A DNA stretch of 64,000 nt from NCBI GenBank assembly GCA_017961575.1, contig JAGCXA010000044.1, forward strand, positions 5,705 to 69,704. Direction: 5' to 3'. The notes under the pieces are model-generated. The model was not told the origin of the DNA. It was given only the letters and a program-made list of their open reading frames with translations, and did no database searches. Position 1 is the stretch's first letter; the number at the start of each line of letters is the position of its first letter. Below, piece by piece: positions 61,079 through 64,000 of this stretch. The translations under genes were made by a program, and so were the position numbers. Source of the DNA: Clostridia bacterium (GTDB lineage Bacteria; Bacillota; Clostridia; Oscillospirales; CAG-272).

Positions 61079-62593
61079 ATGTGTTATAACCGTGATGATT
61101 CTAAAGAAAAATGGACCATCATGATGTATATGAGAGACTTTGATTTGATGGTCACTTATGCGTACGCGCTGAGATCTTCTAACGAATTGACGAGCGAAAA
61201 CATAGACGAAATACTGCTCAGGATGGAAGAGGAAGGGATTTATCGTCCTCGAAACGGAGGAAGTACGTTTACCGGTCAGTTCAAATCAATCCAAATCGCG
61301 TGGTACATGTTTGGTTATTACAACAATTCAAGGCGAAAAGACGAGCAAAAAAAGATGGTTTTTAGCCCGTTGGGGAATCTTTTGCTTGACAACGTGAAGG
61401 ACCGAGAAAAAGTTGCAAAAATCTTTACAACGATGCTGTTTGGAAACGGATTTAGGCAGCCGTTCAGTAGAATGGATGCGCGATTCAACATATACGCGTA
61501 TCGTCTTATTTTCAAGCTGTTAAGAGATCCGCGACTTAACGGTAAACTCTACAACGACGAAGTGTTCTACTACGCGATGTTTATAAAAACCATCGATGAA
61601 AACCAATACGAGGAGCTTGTTCACGATATTCTTGCTTTTCGAAACGTGTCACCTTACGAGAAATTAAGGCTTTTTAAGGAGCATGAAAGAGTAATTGGAT
61701 TAGCGTGCCACGAATGGAGATACGCAACGGGGATGCTTGAATCTGCCGGTATCGTGAACGTACGTAACGACAACGATCATCGCGTAATCGGCGAATTAAC
61801 GTATGGAAACGTTAGTAAAGCCACGGGAAAGCCCAACGCAGTAAGACGGTATACCGAAGACTACATAGTGTTGAGAGACAGCTTGGAACAGTACGTTGAC
61901 GTATTGTTGGACAACTATCGATACTATGAGAAGCCGTTTCCTGAAGACGAACTAACAACGAGATTTAATAGTTCTATCGTCGTTGATATGTATTCTTTCT
62001 ATCCTCCCGAGCTTCTACGTGAGATCGGAGAAGATACGGAAGAAGATCAAGCGATTTCTATGATGTTAAGCGTTGCTAGAGACGTGTTTTACTATTCTCA
62101 TGAGGAAACGAATACCGGAGAACAATTCGAAAGAGCGTTAACCGCCGCTTTTAATCTGTTTGAGGACGTAGAAGCAGAAAGAATTGGCGGCGCAGGCAAC
62201 GCAGACGCAGAGTGCATATATTACCCCGAGGAATTACCTCCAAAGAAATTCGACGTTGAAGCAAAATCAACTTCAAGAAAGCTTCTGCAAATCAATTCAA
62301 GGCGCTTGAAAACGCACAGATTAATGATCGGCTCAAAGTATACGATGATAGTTACTCCGAACTTCTCAATCGGCGTACTTAAGGATATTGCCGGAGAGAA
62401 TTCCGTAATAATCAAAGCAGCAACGCTCGCTAATTATCTTTATCAGTATATCGTTAAAAATGGCAGGGAGCTATCATACGCAAAGCTTGATAAGATAGTT
62501 GAAGCAAATTTGGGAAAAGATATCACGGACAACGTAAACGATTACGTGTATAGCAACTTTGGGCATGCGGCAACCGACTTGAGCGCCAGGTAA
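61079..62593 (+). CDS. Restriction endonuclease, type IIS-like, with a FokI-like C-terminal PD-(D/E)XK cleavage domain
   Basis: The ATG at 61079 follows GGGAGG, giving 504 aa. The C-terminal segment ERIGGAGNADAECIYY…KKFDVEAKST parallels the FokI catalytic pattern (GG…PD…IY…D-x-K). It is positioned between the methyltransferase genes and vsr. Confidence 0.65.
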   Translation: MCYNRDDSKEKWTIMMYMRDFDLMVTYAYALRSSNELTSENIDEILLRMEEEGIYRPRNGGSTFTGQFKSIQIAWYMFGYYNNSRRKDEQKKMVFSPLGNLLLDNVKDREKVAKIFTTMLFGNGFRQPFSRMDARFNIYAYRLIFKLLRDPRLNGKLYNDEVFYYAMFIKTIDENQYEELVHDILAFRNVSPYEKLRLFKEHERVIGLACHEWRYATGMLESAGIVNVRNDNDHRVIGELTYGNVSKATGKPNAVRRYTEDYIVLRDSLEQYVDVLLDNYRYYEKPFPEDELTTRFNSSIVVDMYSFYPPELLREIGEDTEEDQAISMMLSVARDVFYYSHEETNTGEQFERALTAAFNLFEDVEAERIGGAGNADAECIYYPEELPPKKFDVEAKSTSRKLLQINSRRLKTHRLMIGSKYTMIVTPNFSIGVLKDIAGENSVIIKAATLANYLYQYIVKNGRELSYAKLDKIVEANLGKDITDNVNDYVYSNFGHAATDLSAR

Positions 62594-62618
62594 CGTGTGA
62601 TTTGATGGTATTGACACA

Positions 62619-63041
62619 ATGGGGGACGTTTTTTCAAAGAGCAAAAGATCAGATATTATGAAAAAGGTTCGCCCGTCCGGAAACAAGACGACGGAATTGA
62701 GGCTGATTAAGTACTTCTCCTCCAACCACATAACCGGCTGGAGGAGAAAGTACAAGGTCAAGGGGCATCCGGATTTCGTCTTTCTTGATCGGAGAATTGC
62801 AATCTTCGTCGACGGCTGTTTTTGGCACGGACACGATTGCCGCAATACTCGCCCCGCCGATAACGCGGAGTATTGGAGCGAAAAAAGGCAGCGTAATATC
62901 GAACACGACAAAGAAATAACCGAATTGTTTGAAAAACGCGGCTGGACGGTTATCCGTATTTGGGAATGTGAATTGAAAAAGAAGAACAGGGATTTGCTTT
63001 GTGATAAACTAGCAAAAATTCAACACAATCAAAGCAAATAA
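62619..63041 (+). CDS. vsr: Very-short-patch repair endonuclease Vsr
   Basis: The 140-aa ORF contains …KSKRSDIMKKVRPSGNKTTELRL…GHPDFVFLDRRIAIFVDGCFWHGH…IRIWECE…, the Vsr signature. It is associated with m5C methyltransferases. Confidence 0.9.
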   Translation: MGDVFSKSKRSDIMKKVRPSGNKTTELRLIKYFSSNHITGWRRKYKVKGHPDFVFLDRRIAIFVDGCFWHGHDCRNTRPADNAEYWSEKRQRNIEHDKEITELFEKRGWTVIRIWECELKKKNRDLLCDKLAKIQHNQSK

Positions 63042-63258
63042 AGAGAGCAGCGCATATAAACAAATCTGCAATTCGGTATATGCTCAGGCGGTGAAAAAAC
63101 TGCGGAGAAGATTAAAGAAGCATGCAAGAAAACAAGGCAGTAAGATTTTTCAAAACTGAGCTTAACCTGATGATAAATGAAAAATGGCTTGAAAGTGCTC
63201 GATTTTAATTGTTTTAGATGACTAAACAATACACTATTTCGAAGCATTGGAGGAAGAA

Positions 63259-64000
63259 ATGGATATTAATAACGAAATACAAAGAGCAATAAAGCATATT
63301 CAAGCTCAGAATCCGCAAATATCAAAAAGCGACGATGAAGTGCAATCTATTGTTCCACTCGTCTGGGAATGCATTGACAAAAGCCAATATCGTTTTGAGG
63401 ATTCGGATAAGATTATTCTTAACAAAAACGGCAAAAAGCGTCTTGTAAAAAGATTTGCTGATCCATTTTCAAACGAGAACATCATTTGCCAGGTTATAAA
63501 ACAGATCTTAGACAAAGAATTTGGGATACAATACCCAAACAGGAATAAAACCACTAAGAATCTGTTTGAAATTCTTACAGCAGTAAAACAGATGGCAGAG
63601 TTTACAATTGTAAAAATTGATTTTAAAGATTACTTTAATTCTCTGTCTTCTGAATACGTTTATTTAAAATATCTAAAACCATATATCTCTGATCGAACTA
63701 TAAGGAAAACCATTGAAGATTTTTGTTTAACTACGAAATATACCTATGCAGGTTTTCCGACATCAAATGCGATGGCGGAAATAGTTGCTTGTGAGTTCGA
63801 CAGGGATCTCAAACGCCGTTTTTTTTATAATGGTATAGTTTTTTATGAACGCTATATTGATGACGGATTAATAATTTTTAATAGATTTATTGACCAACAA
63901 AAAGTGGATGAAGAGATTCAAAAGACTATCGACAGTGTTTTTTATGATAATTGTATTGATGCAAAAGTTTTATGCAAAACAGTTTTGAATCAGCAAAAAT
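63259..64000 (+). CDS. Reverse transcriptase of the defence-associated (Abi/DRT/retron-like) kind; the 3' end lies outside the window
   Basis: This ORF is not in the track because it has no stop in the window. The ATG at 63259 follows GGAGGA, and the frame is open for 247 codons to the window end. RT motifs are LNKNGKKRLV (1), IVKIDFKDYFNS (A, Asp at 63619), AGFPTSNAMAEIV (B) and YERYIDDGLIIF (C, YIDD at 63853-63864). Confidence 0.8.
   Translation, partial: MDINNEIQRAIKHIQAQNPQISKSDDEVQSIVPLVWECIDKSQYRFEDSDKIILNKNGKKRLVKRFADPFSNENIICQVIKQILDKEFGIQYPNRNKTTKNLFEILTAVKQMAEFTIVKIDFKDYFNSLSSEYVYLKYLKPYISDRTIRKTIEDFCLTTKYTYAGFPTSNAMAEIVACEFDRDLKRRFFYNGIVFYERYIDDGLIIFNRFIDQQKVDEEIQKTIDSVFYDNCIDAKVLCKTVLNQQK

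Larger units (their letters stand above)
49650..64000. other. AT-rich genomic island carrying stacked defence modules; the right boundary lies outside the window
   Basis: Base composition shifts abruptly, by eye, near 49.6-49.7 kb. The content is a TA system, methyltransferases, a restriction endonuclease, Vsr and a reverse transcriptase. No integrase or transposase is visible in the part shown. Confidence 0.7.

Noticed and set aside
63306-63554. An 82-aa ORF on the minus strand.
   Set aside because: It lies antisense to the reverse-transcriptase reading frame, which is open from 63259 to the window end and carries motifs 1, A, B and C.

Overview
This 64-kb window comes from a visibly GC-rich chromosome. 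It is probably an endospore-forming Firmicutes/Clostridia-type organism, because a clear sigG is present; the taxonomy is a guess. No rRNA, tRNA or CRISPR array was found.

Layout:
1. 1-5.0 kb: the 3' end of a large surface-type protein, a minus-strand pduL / NifU-like / GGGtGRT operon, and a TepA/ClpP-like gene.
2. 5.0-20.4 kb: a compact, co-directional phage-like cluster. It runs RHH regulator, small and large terminase, portal, scaffold-like protein, major capsid, a 902-aa BspA-type LRR protein, several unknowns, then three membrane proteins. No integrase, replication, tape-measure or endolysin gene is visible. It ends 92 bp upstream of sigG.
3. 21.4-45.0 kb: an RpiR-family regulator divergent from a long, tightly packed carbohydrate operon. 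The operon encodes a FAD oxidase, an Fe-S protein, a class II aldolase, a PfkB kinase, a KduI/IolB isomerase, an FGGY kinase, a fused EtfB-EtfA, a fucose-isomerase-like protein, GH2, an unknown protein, GH65, a PHP protein, beta-phosphoglucomutase and two heparinase II/III-like paralogues.
4. 45.1-48.9 kb: two tandem lipoprotein paralogues of the endonuclease/exonuclease/phosphatase family.
5. 48.9-49.7 kb: a junction region carrying a well-delimited candidate ~285-nt sRNA on the minus strand.
6. 49.7-64.0 kb: an abrupt switch to AT-rich DNA that reads as a defence island. It holds a HipB-HipS-HipT-type tripartite toxin-antitoxin with three phased operators. Next is an operon of a DNA methyltransferase, a dual-GHKL histidine-kinase-like protein and a receiver-domain protein with an unknown C-terminal domain. 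Then come a GC-rich GNAT cassette and a C-protein-controlled R-M system (three m5C methyltransferase domains, a FokI-like type IIS endonuclease and Vsr). The island ends with the 5' part of a defence-type reverse transcriptase that runs off the window.

The best candidate for an undescribed system is the methyltransferase / GHKL-histidine kinase / receiver-effector operon at 51.6-56.5 kb.

All functional calls are from motif recognition by eye; no database search was possible. Many long ORFs in the track are antisense or out-of-frame shadows typical of GC-rich DNA and are not called.
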